Origin: an uncultured Candidatus Bathyarchaeia archaeon
GTDB taxonomy: Archaea; Thermoproteota; Bathyarchaeia; TCS64
Assembly (NCBI GenBank): GCA_964529745.1
Contig: CAZGZR010000003.1
Span: forward strand, 1,420 to 65,419
DNA: 64,000 nt
Direction: 5' to 3'
Each line of letters begins with the position of its first letter. Within the stretch, counting starts at the first letter, position 1. Below are positions 16,790 to 25,076 of this stretch, in pieces. Under the pieces are notes generated by a model. The model was given only the letters and a program-made list of their open reading frames with translations, was not told the DNA's origin and ran no database searches. The position numbers and the translations under genes were made by a program.

Positions 16790-18022
16790 TTGACCGCGTA
16801 TAAGGTGTTCACCGGAGCCAGGCTCATAGACGGGACGGGCGTCAAACCGGTGGAGGACGCATCCATAATAGTCGAGGGGGACAGGATCAAGGAAGCTGGT
16901 AAGGGCCTCGACGCACCGAAAGACGCCGAGGTGATCGACGCCGCGGGGAGGACCCTGATGCCCGGGCTCATCGACAGCCACGTACATCTCTGCAGCAACG
17001 GCGACCCCGACATCCTGAGGATGATACATTACCCCATGGGTATGCTTCAGCTGTTCGGGTACAGGAACGCGTTGAACGAGCTTGAGGCGGGCTTCACCAC
17101 CGTACGCGACATGGGCGCGCCCCACGGGTTCGCCTTGAGCCTCAGACAGGCAGTGGAGGCCGGAGTCGTCAAGGGGCCCCGGATAGTGGCGCCGGGCAAG
17201 GTCATAAGCATGACTGGCGGCCATGCCGACTTCCACCTGGCCAGCGGCCTCAGCTTCGAGGGGATGAGCAGGATCGCCGACGGCGTCGCCGACTGCCGCA
17301 GGGCGGCGAGGGAGCAGCTCAGGGACGGCGCCGACTTCGTCAAGATATGCAGCAGCGGGGGAGTCATGTCCCCAACCGACCCCGTGGACACACCCCAGTT
17401 CACACCCGAGGAGATCGAGGCCATGGTCTACGAGGCGGCTTGCGTCGGCAGGACCGTCGCCAGCCACGCCCACGGCGCCACGGGCATCAAGAACGCCGTG
17501 CTAGCCGGAGTCAAGACCATAGAGCACGGAAGCCTCGTGGACGACGAGGCGGTCAAGCTCATGGCCCAGCGGGGATGCTTCCACGTGCCCACCCTGGTGG
17601 CCGGGTGGAACATAGTGCAGCACGGCAAGGAGGCCGGGATACCGGCGTACGCCGTGGACAAGGCCGAGGAGATCGCCCACGAGGTCAGGAAGAACGTCAT
17701 GAGAAGCCATGGGGGAGGCGTGAAGGTGGCCATGGGCACGGACGCCGGGACGCCGTTCAACAGGCACGGCTGCAACGCCCAGGAGATAACCCACCTCGTT
17801 GACGCAGGGTTCACCCCCATGGAGGCCATAGTGGCCGCGACAAAGACGGGCTCCGAGTGCATCGGGCTGGAGAAGCAGGTAGGGACCATTGAGCCCGGTA
17901 AGCTGGCGGACCTAATCGTCGTAGAGGGCGACCCCCTGAAAGACATCAAGGTCCTTGAAGGAAAAGCCAACATCCTCCTGGTGTTGAAGGGCGGCGTAGT
18001 CGAGGTCAACAGGGGCATATAG
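16790..18022 (+). CDS. metal-dependent amidohydrolase family protein
   Basis: PGLIDSHVHL metal-binding motif and TIM-barrel amidohydrolase layout; TTG start. Confidence 0.75.
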   Translation: MTAYKVFTGARLIDGTGVKPVEDASIIVEGDRIKEAGKGLDAPKDAEVIDAAGRTLMPGLIDSHVHLCSNGDPDILRMIHYPMGMLQLFGYRNALNELEAGFTTVRDMGAPHGFALSLRQAVEAGVVKGPRIVAPGKVISMTGGHADFHLASGLSFEGMSRIADGVADCRRAAREQLRDGADFVKICSSGGVMSPTDPVDTPQFTPEEIEAMVYEAACVGRTVASHAHGATGIKNAVLAGVKTIEHGSLVDDEAVKLMAQRGCFHVPTLVAGWNIVQHGKEAGIPAYAVDKAEEIAHEVRKNVMRSHGGGVKVAMGTDAGTPFNRHGCNAQEITHLVDAGFTPMEAIVAATKTGSECIGLEKQVGTIEPGKLADLIVVEGDPLKDIKVLEGKANILLVLKGGVVEVNRGI

Positions 18023-18023
18023 C

Positions 18024-18704
18024 GTGGAGATACTGCGGCTCAGCCTCGTCGAGGGCTCCAAGAAGGCGAGGGGGCTAACGGTAGTCATAGACGTGTTCAG
18101 GGCCTTCACCACTGCCGCCTACGTCATGGCCAACGGGGCCGAGTGCATCCACCCCGTGGGCAGCCTCGACGAGGCTTTCAGGCTCAAGGAGCTGCACCCT
18201 GACTGGGTCCTCATGGGTGAGCGAGGGGGCAAGAAGGTCCCCGGCTTCGACTACGGGAACAGCCCCCACGAGGTGAGCCGGGTTGACTTCACTGGGCGCA
18301 CGGTGGTCCAGACGACGAGCGCGGGCACCCAGGGCATAGTCAACGCCTCCGGGGCGGAGGAGATACTGCTGGGCAGCTTCGTGACGGCGGACGCCATAGT
18401 GGATTACATCAAGAGGAAGAACCCGGAGACCGTTAGCCTCGTAGCGATGGGCTGGGGAGGACGCGTGAGGAGCCCGGAGGACGAGAGCCTCGCCGAGTAC
18501 ATAGAGGAGAGGCTCAAAGGAATTGAACCCGACTTCGCCTCCATGAAGCAGAGGATCAGGAGGCACCCGCAGGGCGCCAAGTTCTTCGATCCCGGGCAGC
18601 CCGAGTTCGTGGAGGGCGACTTCCACCTCGCCATGGCCCTCAACAGGTTCAGTTTCTGCCTCAGGGTCGTGCCCGGGGACCCTCCCAGCGTAGAGAAGGC
18701 GTAG
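18024..18704 (+). CDS. comB: 2-phosphosulfolactate phosphatase (ComB family)
   Basis: VVIDVFRAFTTAAYV motif typical of ComB; GTG start 2 nt after the upstream stop. Confidence 0.7.
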   Translation: MEILRLSLVEGSKKARGLTVVIDVFRAFTTAAYVMANGAECIHPVGSLDEAFRLKELHPDWVLMGERGGKKVPGFDYGNSPHEVSRVDFTGRTVVQTTSAGTQGIVNASGAEEILLGSFVTADAIVDYIKRKNPETVSLVAMGWGGRVRSPEDESLAEYIEERLKGIEPDFASMKQRIRRHPQGAKFFDPGQPEFVEGDFHLAMALNRFSFCLRVVPGDPPSVEKA

Positions 18705-18749
18705 ACCGGCAGATTCTTTTCCCGGTTTCCACTCTGTTCAATACATGAG

Positions 18750-19175
18750 ATGAAGGTCTCAAGCATCATGATCCGGGACCCTGTGATGGTGGACCCGGAC
18801 ACCCCGTGCAGGCAGCTGTCCAAGCTTATGCGTAAAAAAGGCATCGGCTCCGTGATCGTGGTGAAGGACGGCTTCCCCGTCGGCGTCGTCACCGAGCGCG
18901 ACCTGGTCCACAGGGTCCTGGCGGAGGGCAGAGACCCCGATAAATGCGTCGCTGACCAGATCTGCACCAAACCCGTGGTTGCCATCAGCATACACGCAGA
19001 CGTGGACCTGGCCGTGGACATGATGAACGAGTACGGCATCCGCCGGCTGGTGGTGGTGGACGAGAAGGACAAGCTGGAAGGGATACTCACCACCGACGAC
19101 ATCGCCAGAAACCTCAGGAACATGTCCGAGGAGCTCGCCGTCAAGTACGTGACGTTGTCACGCAGAAACCGCTGA
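18750..19175 (+). CDS. CBS-domain pair protein
   Basis: Two CBS motifs (IMIRDPVMVDPDTP...GIGSVIVV; ...GIRRLVVVD). Confidence 0.75.
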   Translation: MKVSSIMIRDPVMVDPDTPCRQLSKLMRKKGIGSVIVVKDGFPVGVVTERDLVHRVLAEGRDPDKCVADQICTKPVVAISIHADVDLAVDMMNEYGIRRLVVVDEKDKLEGILTTDDIARNLRNMSEELAVKYVTLSRRNR

Positions 19176-19184
19176 AACCAGTCA

Positions 19185-19218
19185 CTCGGGCTGTATGACG
19201 TCGAAGACGACGCCCGAG
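19185..19218 (+). terminator. GC-rich 7-bp stem-loop (ctcgggc / gcccgag) after the CBS gene
   Basis: Perfect inverted repeat with a 20-nt loop 10 nt past the stop; a T5 run follows near 19284. Confidence 0.3.
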
Positions 19219-19443
19219 GGGTTCCTGAAGTAGAGGCTGCCCTCAAATTCATCCACAATGTCTAAGTCCAAGAGTATCTTCGTAGAATTTCATCTATTTT
19301 TAAGAGGTTTTCAACGCCTATAGCGACGCACGGGTTGGCCCTAAACCTCATGAGAACCGCATCTGGTCCGTGATTTATATGGTGTGCCTGCCTAGTAACA
19401 AGTACTTTTTAATGAGTATTTGGGTAAAATCCTATATTGAACC

Positions 19444-19453
19444 GTATATACTA
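19444..19453 (+). promoter_or_regulatory. TATA box (gtatatacta) for a leaderless TFS-like gene
   Basis: About 25-30 nt upstream of ATG 19478. Confidence 0.45.
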
Positions 19454-19477
19454 GATAGTGTTCTTGGGTGAACAAAA

Positions 19478-19795
19478 ATGGTAGAGTTCTGTGACCGCTG
19501 CGGAAGCTTCATGCGAGCCGGCGTCAAGGGCTACGAGTGCCCACGATGCGGGTGGACGAAGCAGGTCCAGGTCATAGAGGTCAAGGCGGGCCCAGCCGGT
19601 GAAGCAGAGCCTGTTTACGTCATGAGCGGCATCGAGAGCGCCATAGTAGTACAGAGGACTTGCCCCGAGTGCGGCAACCTGGAAGCCTACCGCAACATAA
19701 CCGTCGCCCTGGGCGAGCACGCCGGCGTCAGCAGCGACCGAAGCGTCGAGAAGTTCAGGTGCACCAAGTGCGGCCACACCTGGATAGTCGGATAG
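19478..19795 (+). CDS. TFS / RNAP subunit M-like double zinc-ribbon protein with a non-canonical C-ribbon loop
   Basis: N-ribbon CDRCG...CPRCG; C-ribbon CPECGN.EAY...FRCTKCGHTW; the usual RSADE acidic hairpin is replaced by a longer ALGEHAGVSSDRSVE loop. Confidence 0.75.
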   Translation: MVEFCDRCGSFMRAGVKGYECPRCGWTKQVQVIEVKAGPAGEAEPVYVMSGIESAIVVQRTCPECGNLEAYRNITVALGEHAGVSSDRSVEKFRCTKCGHTWIVG

Positions 19796-20230
19796 CTACC
19801 TCCTGTTCACCTTCACGTTAATCGGTATTCCCTGCTCGACGCTCTGGCTCACGACGCAAAAGTCCTCGAATAATCCCATGCACCTCTCGTACTGTGAGTC
19901 ATACCCCTGGGCTACCTCTGGGCTGATCTCCACATCGATCTCGGCTATACGCCACCGCCCCTCGTCGTTACGCCTCATGACGCCCTCCACCTTGGTCTCG
20001 ATCTCCCCCACCTCGGCCCTGGCCTTCTGGAGGCAGAACAAGAGGCTCGCCGTGAGGCAGTTTCCCATGGCTGCCGCCAGTACCTTGCCGGCGTTGGGGC
20101 CGCTGTTACATCCCACAGGATCAGGCTCATCCATGTAGAGGGGCTCGACGCCCTCTAGGCCGAAGTCCACCTCGAACCTGAATCCTCCCTGTCTCCTCAA
20201 GGAGACCATGAAGTTACGTTCCTCGCTCAA
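19796..20230 (-). CDS. OsmC/Ohr family protein
   Basis: GPNAGKVLAAAMGNCLTASL matches the OsmC core motif. Confidence 0.75.
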   Translation of the reverse strand: MSEERNFMVSLRRQGGFRFEVDFGLEGVEPLYMDEPDPVGCNSGPNAGKVLAAAMGNCLTASLLFCLQKARAEVGEIETKVEGVMRRNDEGRWRIAEIDVEISPEVAQGYDSQYERCMGLFEDFCVVSQSVEQGIPINVKVNRR

Positions 20231-20366
20231 TCGAATCCCTTATGCATGAACAACGGCAAATATAAGGCTGAGAGTCATCCAACCAAAGATGAGTCCGCTT
20301 TCTAATACGAACGTGCTTGAGGGAAACCATAAAGCCCGGTGGCGCCGGTTTTAAGCCGTGTCAACC

Positions 20367-20834
20367 ATGCGCCGCGGCGAAAAGGAGATCAAGGAGAAGG
20401 TCGTAATCGAGGAGGTGCTCAGGGAGAACCGGGTGGGCAGGCTGGGCACGGCCGTCGATGGACGCCCCTACGTGGTCCCCATGAACTTCGTCTACACCGA
20501 CGGCAGGATAATCCTTCACACCCACAGGGACGGCAAGAAGGTCAAGGACATACGGCGTAACCCCCGTGTCTGCTTCGAGGTGGACGGCGGCGAGATGATT
20601 GAAGGCGGCGATCCCTGCGAGTACAGCTGGAGGTACAGGAGCGTCATCGCCACGGGGACCGCCGTCATCGTTGAGGAACCTGAGGAGAAGCTAAAGGCGC
20701 TGCGTCTTCTCAGCGATAAATATGCTTTCGGCAAGGGCAGGAGGTTGGACCTGGAGAAGGTGTCGAGGTTCGGGGATCTGGTCGTCGTGGAGATGAGGGT
20801 GGAGGAGATGACTGGGAAGAAGAGCCCCGCCTAG
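20367..20834 (+). CDS. pyridoxamine 5'-phosphate oxidase-fold (FMN-binding split barrel) family protein
   Basis: GRLGTAVDGRPYVVPMNFVY..GRIILHT typical PNPOx-like barrel. Confidence 0.7.
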   Translation: MRRGEKEIKEKVVIEEVLRENRVGRLGTAVDGRPYVVPMNFVYTDGRIILHTHRDGKKVKDIRRNPRVCFEVDGGEMIEGGDPCEYSWRYRSVIATGTAVIVEEPEEKLKALRLLSDKYAFGKGRRLDLEKVSRFGDLVVVEMRVEEMTGKKSPA

Positions 20835-20960
20835 GAGTGCTTTTTCTGGTTTGGTCTTGTGTCAGGTTACTTGTAATCTCGGGATTTTTTTTGTGGTTGA
20901 GGTTGGGGAGGGTCGTGCTGAGGAGGGGGGGTTTTCGTTGTTTTCGGCTGTGTCCTGACG
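20835..20960 (+). terminator. G/T-rich terminator region with several T runs
   Basis: ctttttctgg, gggattttttttgtgg and ggggggttttcgttgttttcgg directly after the stop at 20834. Confidence 0.35.
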
Positions 20961-20967
20961 AGCGAAG

Positions 20968-20981
20968 CGTCTATATATCGG
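20968..20981 (+). promoter_or_regulatory. TATA box (cgtctatatatcgg) for a leaderless ywbE-like gene
   Basis: About 25 nt upstream of ATG 21003. Confidence 0.4.
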
Positions 20982-21002
20982 TGACGTTGCTGTTGGGCTG
21001 TT

Positions 21003-21212
21003 ATGGCCGCGGATGGGCGTGTCAGGGGGAACGTGAGGCCGGGCACGGAGGTCTTGGTGGTGCTTAAGCGTGACCAGCGGACCGGTAAGCTGACTCGCGG
21101 AACGGTCAAGGACGTCCTGACGAACTCCCGGCGCCACCCCCACGGGATAAAGGTCCGTCTCCTTGACGGTAGGGTGGGGCGGGTGCAGAAGATTCTCGCC
21201 CAGGGACGCTAG
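21003..21212 (+). CDS. YwbE-family small protein (DUF2196-like)
   Basis: R.G..V.VVLK.DQRTGKLT.G.VKD.LT.S..HPHGIKVRL.DGRVGRVQ.I pattern recalled from Bacillus YwbE. Confidence 0.6.
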   Translation: MAADGRVRGNVRPGTEVLVVLKRDQRTGKLTRGTVKDVLTNSRRHPHGIKVRLLDGRVGRVQKILAQGR

Positions 21213-22204
21213 ACGTACTTCTCCATGATGTCCGCGGGTATCTTTATCCTGAACCTGCAGGTGTCGCTGCCGTCGAAGACGCTCTGCAGCACCTCGGCCT
21301 CGGTCTCGGTGCCGAAGGCCACGTCGTACCTGAGCTTGCCGTAGCCGGCGCTGCAGTAGCACCACTCCACGGGGATCTCGGGTGAGCCGGCTAGCACGGC
21401 CTCCCTGGCCAGGGGGCAGTGGCACATGTAGTACCGTTTCATTAGGGGGTCCTTCTCCTTGAGGTACTCCGCTGGGCTATACGGGAACTTTGTGTTGTAG
21501 ATCCACTCGCCTTCCCTGACTCCTGCTAACAACTCCTGGTTGCCCCTGACGTGCTCCACTATCTCGGGGGTGATGACCTGCTCGTACCATACCTTGTCAT
21601 CCCTGAGGTATTGCTCCAGCTCGGCGACGGCCTCGTCGTGCATCTTCTCGAGCCAGGCGTCTATGCTGCCCAGCTCCTCCAGCTGCCTCTTGAGCTCCAT
21701 GAAGTTCTCGGGGTTGACCCTGTGGTGGTTGCCGGCGAGCACCCTACGGTAGACGTCTGGGCTCATCTCCTTCTCCAGCGCGTCCATGAGGCTCTTGGTG
21801 GCTTCGCAGTACGCCGCGGGCATGGAGCCCAGAGGCGGAGTCTTCACCTCGTTGAACACTTTTCCCTTTACGTCCTTTCCCGCTATCTCCTCCAGCCTCT
21901 CCGCGATGGAGGGCAGTATGTTACGGCCTCCGAGGATGGCGGCGAAGTATATCCAGACTTCCTTCATGTCGAGGAAGTAGACGTAACGCGCCAGCGCGAC
22001 GAGAGTGTCCTCCGTGTTCCTGCCCTCGTCCATGAGCCTCTGGACGTAACCCTTGAAGTCCTCCACGGAAGCCTCGGTCAGCTCTTTCCCCTCAGCCTCG
22101 AAGTACGCGGCGGCCTCTTCAACCGCGTCTACGGCAGCCTCCAACTGATCCCGGCTGACTCCACGTTCGACAAGGTACTCCGTGAACTCTTTCTTCTTCA
22201 GCAA
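21209..22204 (-). CDS. hypothetical protein with a C-terminal Cys-rich region (CHC...CYC...C)
   Basis: 331-aa ORF with coherent codon usage; MCHCPLAREAV...WCYCSAGYGK...CRFRIKIP suggests a metal-binding domain; no family recognised. Confidence 0.45.
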   Translation of the reverse strand: MLKKKEFTEYLVERGVSRDQLEAAVDAVEEAAAYFEAEGKELTEASVEDFKGYVQRLMDEGRNTEDTLVALARYVYFLDMKEVWIYFAAILGGRNILPSIAERLEEIAGKDVKGKVFNEVKTPPLGSMPAAYCEATKSLMDALEKEMSPDVYRRVLAGNHHRVNPENFMELKRQLEELGSIDAWLEKMHDEAVAELEQYLRDDKVWYEQVITPEIVEHVRGNQELLAGVREGEWIYNTKFPYSPAEYLKEKDPLMKRYYMCHCPLAREAVLAGSPEIPVEWCYCSAGYGKLRYDVAFGTETEAEVLQSVFDGSDTCRFRIKIPADIMEKYV

Positions 22205-22346
22205 CCCCGATCACCTGATACTATCTTCACCTAACGTAAAAACACGACTAAAAACCGGTGCATAACTTCAATGAACAATCCTTACGACAGCACGCACGTG
22301 AAGCTACCTTAAAAGCCCTATTACACCATTACAGGGTTGGGTAGCC

Positions 22347-23132
22347 ATGTCTGATCACTGGACTGAGAGCCTGTTCGAGAGGTATGCCGAGTTATACCTC
22401 AAGACGCTTGAGGAGCTCATCCCAAGCAGCATCGAGGACGCAGACGGCCTCGAAAACATATTCAACGAGAACGACATCCCCGGGGACGGGCTTGTGCTCG
22501 ACCTAGCATGCGGAATCGGCAGACACAGCACAGCCCTGGCTCAGAAAGGATATAGGGTAGTAGGGATCGACGTCTCGGAGACGTTCCTTGAGAGGGCGAG
22601 GATACTCGCGGAAGAGAGAGGCGTCGATGTCGAGTTCAGAAAAGGCGACATGAGGGCTATCGAGGAAAATCTGGGCGAACACGCGGGAAGCTTCGACGCT
22701 GTGATTAACTTGTTCACATCCCTCGGCTATTACGACCGAGAAACAGACATCGACGTACTCAGGCAGCTCTACACGCTCACGAAGCGGGATGGGATCCTTG
22801 TTATCGACATCGCCAACCGCGACTGGATCATCAAAAACTTCGAGGCGAAGGACATCCTGTATCACGAAGACGGGAGAGTTCAGATAATGGAGCGGCGCTT
22901 AGACATGGAGGACTCCCGTCAACACAACACGTGGAGGTTCTACCTCAGGCAGGGGGAGGACTTGAAGCACTTGGAGACGTTCCATGTGGACCACATCCTC
23001 TACAGCCTCCACGAGCTGAAAAGCCTGATAGAGGCCGCTGGATGGACGTACAAGACGTGTTACGGGGAGTTCGATATGTCTCCCTTCGAGATGTACTCGC
23101 GCCGCATGATAATCGTCTCCCAGAAATATTAA
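22347..23132 (+). CDS. class I SAM-dependent methyltransferase
   Basis: Motif I VLDLACGIGRHS and acidic-loop D after the beta2 strand. Confidence 0.75.
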   Translation: MSDHWTESLFERYAELYLKTLEELIPSSIEDADGLENIFNENDIPGDGLVLDLACGIGRHSTALAQKGYRVVGIDVSETFLERARILAEERGVDVEFRKGDMRAIEENLGEHAGSFDAVINLFTSLGYYDRETDIDVLRQLYTLTKRDGILVIDIANRDWIIKNFEAKDILYHEDGRVQIMERRLDMEDSRQHNTWRFYLRQGEDLKHLETFHVDHILYSLHELKSLIEAAGWTYKTCYGEFDMSPFEMYSRRMIIVSQKY

Positions 23133-23181
23133 ACAATAGATCATCAACCCTAGACTGGTGCTTCCATGGTGGCTGCAAACG

Positions 23182-24000
23182 ATGAGCTATGAGAGATTGT
23201 TGATAGAGGCGCGTAGAGATGTGGACGCAGCCGTCGAGATCTGGCGGCAACTGATCCAGGAGAGGCTGAGCGACAGGATCGATTACGCGATACTCAAAGG
23301 CTCGGGGATCAAAGAATGGGAGTCACCCGCGGACTATGTGCCGATGATCAGCGACATCGACATCCACCTAGGCAGGAAGGAAAGCATGTCTCTGCTTCCG
23401 GAGACCCGTGGAGGCTTCCTCTACTCGCTGGAGACAACCCGGCTCTACGAGGAGAGGTTCATGGAGACGAGGCCGGATCACCTGCACATCCCCCGCCCCC
23501 AGGTCGTGGTCATGGAGGAGAGCCGAGGCGACTGGCTGCCCGAGAGGCCCGAGGAGGTTAAGCTGCTCTTCGGAGAGGTGCCGCTGAAGCCGGAGGAGTC
23601 GGTGGAGCACCTCAGGGCGCGGGACTTGGATGAGCTTGCTGGCTTGGGCCCGCTTCTGGCTCGGCTGCCCGTGCAGGTCATCGACCGCATCGACCTGGAG
23701 TACTACCGTGTGCTAAGGATGCTCTGCTACGTGGTCTCGCCGACGCCGGTCAGGGTGCTCAGCCAGTATGCCGAACCTAAGCACGTGTGGACGCTGAACC
23801 GGACCAAAGTGCTACGGCTGCTGGAGCGCAACGGCTTCCAAAGTATAGCCGAGCCGTACCGCGAGTACTACCTCAACGGGTGGAAGGCTTTTACAGAGGG
23901 CTTCAGAGACAACGAGACCATGAGGCAGCTCATCACTCACGCTTATGATGTGCTTTACGCTTCCTATGAAGCAGTGAGAGAGAAGGTGGAGCAGGGATGA
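23182..24000 (+). CDS. aminoglycoside/lincosamide nucleotidyltransferase (ANT)-like pol-beta superfamily nucleotidyltransferase
   Basis: ILKGSGIK...(x14)...SDIDIHL matches the GS...DxD NTase signature, followed by a helical C-domain; ATG 23182 preferred over GTG 23158. Confidence 0.55.
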   Translation: MSYERLLIEARRDVDAAVEIWRQLIQERLSDRIDYAILKGSGIKEWESPADYVPMISDIDIHLGRKESMSLLPETRGGFLYSLETTRLYEERFMETRPDHLHIPRPQVVVMEESRGDWLPERPEEVKLLFGEVPLKPEESVEHLRARDLDELAGLGPLLARLPVQVIDRIDLEYYRVLRMLCYVVSPTPVRVLSQYAEPKHVWTLNRTKVLRLLERNGFQSIAEPYREYYLNGWKAFTEGFRDNETMRQLITHAYDVLYASYEAVREKVEQG

Positions 24001-24440
24001 AGTACACCCACACGAACCTCGTGGCTCGGGACTGGAGGCGGCTGGCTGACTTCTATATCGAGGTTTTTGGCTGCACACCTGTGCCCCCCGAGAGGGACCT
24101 ATCCGGTGGATGGCTCGATGAGGCCACATCTTTACAGGGCGCCCACATCAGGGGGGTCCACCTCAGGCTCCCAGGCCACGGGGACGCAGGCCCCACCCTG
24201 GAGGTGTTCCAGTACGACGAAGAGACGGAGGCCGACACCCCGGCGCCAAACAGACCCGGCTACGGCCACATCGCCTTCGCCGTCGATGACGTGGAGGCTA
24301 CCAAGGGAGCCGTCCTCGCCTTGGGAGGCGGGATGGTGGGCGAGGTGGTTAAAGTGGAACTACCCGGCGTGGGAACGCTTGAGTTCGCCTACATGCGCGA
24401 CCCAGAGGGCAACGTGATCGAGATCCAGAGGCTCGTCTAG
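23997..24440 (+). CDS. VOC-family (glyoxalase / bleomycin-resistance fold) protein
   Basis: Paired beta-alpha-beta-beta-beta modules (HTNLVARDW...; GYGHIAFAVDDVE...EF.Y.RDPEGN.IEI); ATGA overlap with the upstream NTase. Confidence 0.75.
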   Translation: MKYTHTNLVARDWRRLADFYIEVFGCTPVPPERDLSGGWLDEATSLQGAHIRGVHLRLPGHGDAGPTLEVFQYDEETEADTPAPNRPGYGHIAFAVDDVEATKGAVLALGGGMVGEVVKVELPGVGTLEFAYMRDPEGNVIEIQRLV

Positions 24441-24442
24441 CC

Positions 24443-24904
24443 CTACACCTTCCGCTTGAGGATGGCTATCTGGCCGGCGTGGTACAGGTTGTGGTGAACA
24501 ACGCCGTGTAGCATCTGCTTGAACGTGTAGTCCTTCCCCGGCACCGTCCTCTCCAGGTCCTCGTTGCTCCAGCCGGCAAGCTCGTCCAGCACCATGTTGA
24601 CCGCCGCCTCCAGCCGCCTCAGCGACTGGCACCAATGCTCCTCGGTGCTCCCCATACGGGGCCAGTCCATCTCTGGGGCCGGTTCGGGCATGGCCTTATC
24701 CTTCAACGCGTCCAGGATGGCCTCCAGCCAGAAGGTGGTGTGGTCCACCAGCTCCCAGATGGTGTGCCTCTCCCCCAAGGGGCGCGCCTTCGCCTGCTCC
24801 AGATCGACGCCCTCCAAGGTCTTCATGAGGCTGGGTCCGTGCCACGAGTCTCCCTTGTAGGTGGTCAATATCTGGTCCCTCAGGAACTTTACCTCTTTCA
24901 TCAA
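24443..24904 (-). CDS. DinB/YfiT-like metal-dependent hydrolase family protein
   Basis: Four-helix-bundle DinB_2 pattern with conserved His (HTIWELVDH...HHNLYHAGQI). Confidence 0.7.
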   Translation of the reverse strand: MMKEVKFLRDQILTTYKGDSWHGPSLMKTLEGVDLEQAKARPLGERHTIWELVDHTTFWLEAILDALKDKAMPEPAPEMDWPRMGSTEEHWCQSLRRLEAAVNMVLDELAGWSNEDLERTVPGKDYTFKQMLHGVVHHNLYHAGQIAILKRKV

Positions 24905-25076
24905 GCTGAAAGAGAAACGACGGTATAAAACCCCTTAGCTACAGTTCTTAGGGGCTAGCATAGGATGTATTGTCTCTGCCCATAATACGATCCCTCAACC
25001 AGTTCACCCCGTCTCTCCTCTTACGCGGATTCCTCTAACGTTAAATAGGGTGCGGGACAAGTCCAGACCGTTCTTC

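Noticed and set aside
20835-20960. G-run cluster as a functional G-quadruplex or ncRNA
   Set aside because: It is located exactly at a gene 3' end and has several T-runs. A terminator is the simpler explanation, and I found no RNA structure signal.
23158-23181. GTG 23158 as the NTase start
   Set aside because: The TATA-like element at about 23125 predicts a transcription start near 23160. The first in-frame ATG (23182) is the more likely initiation codon.
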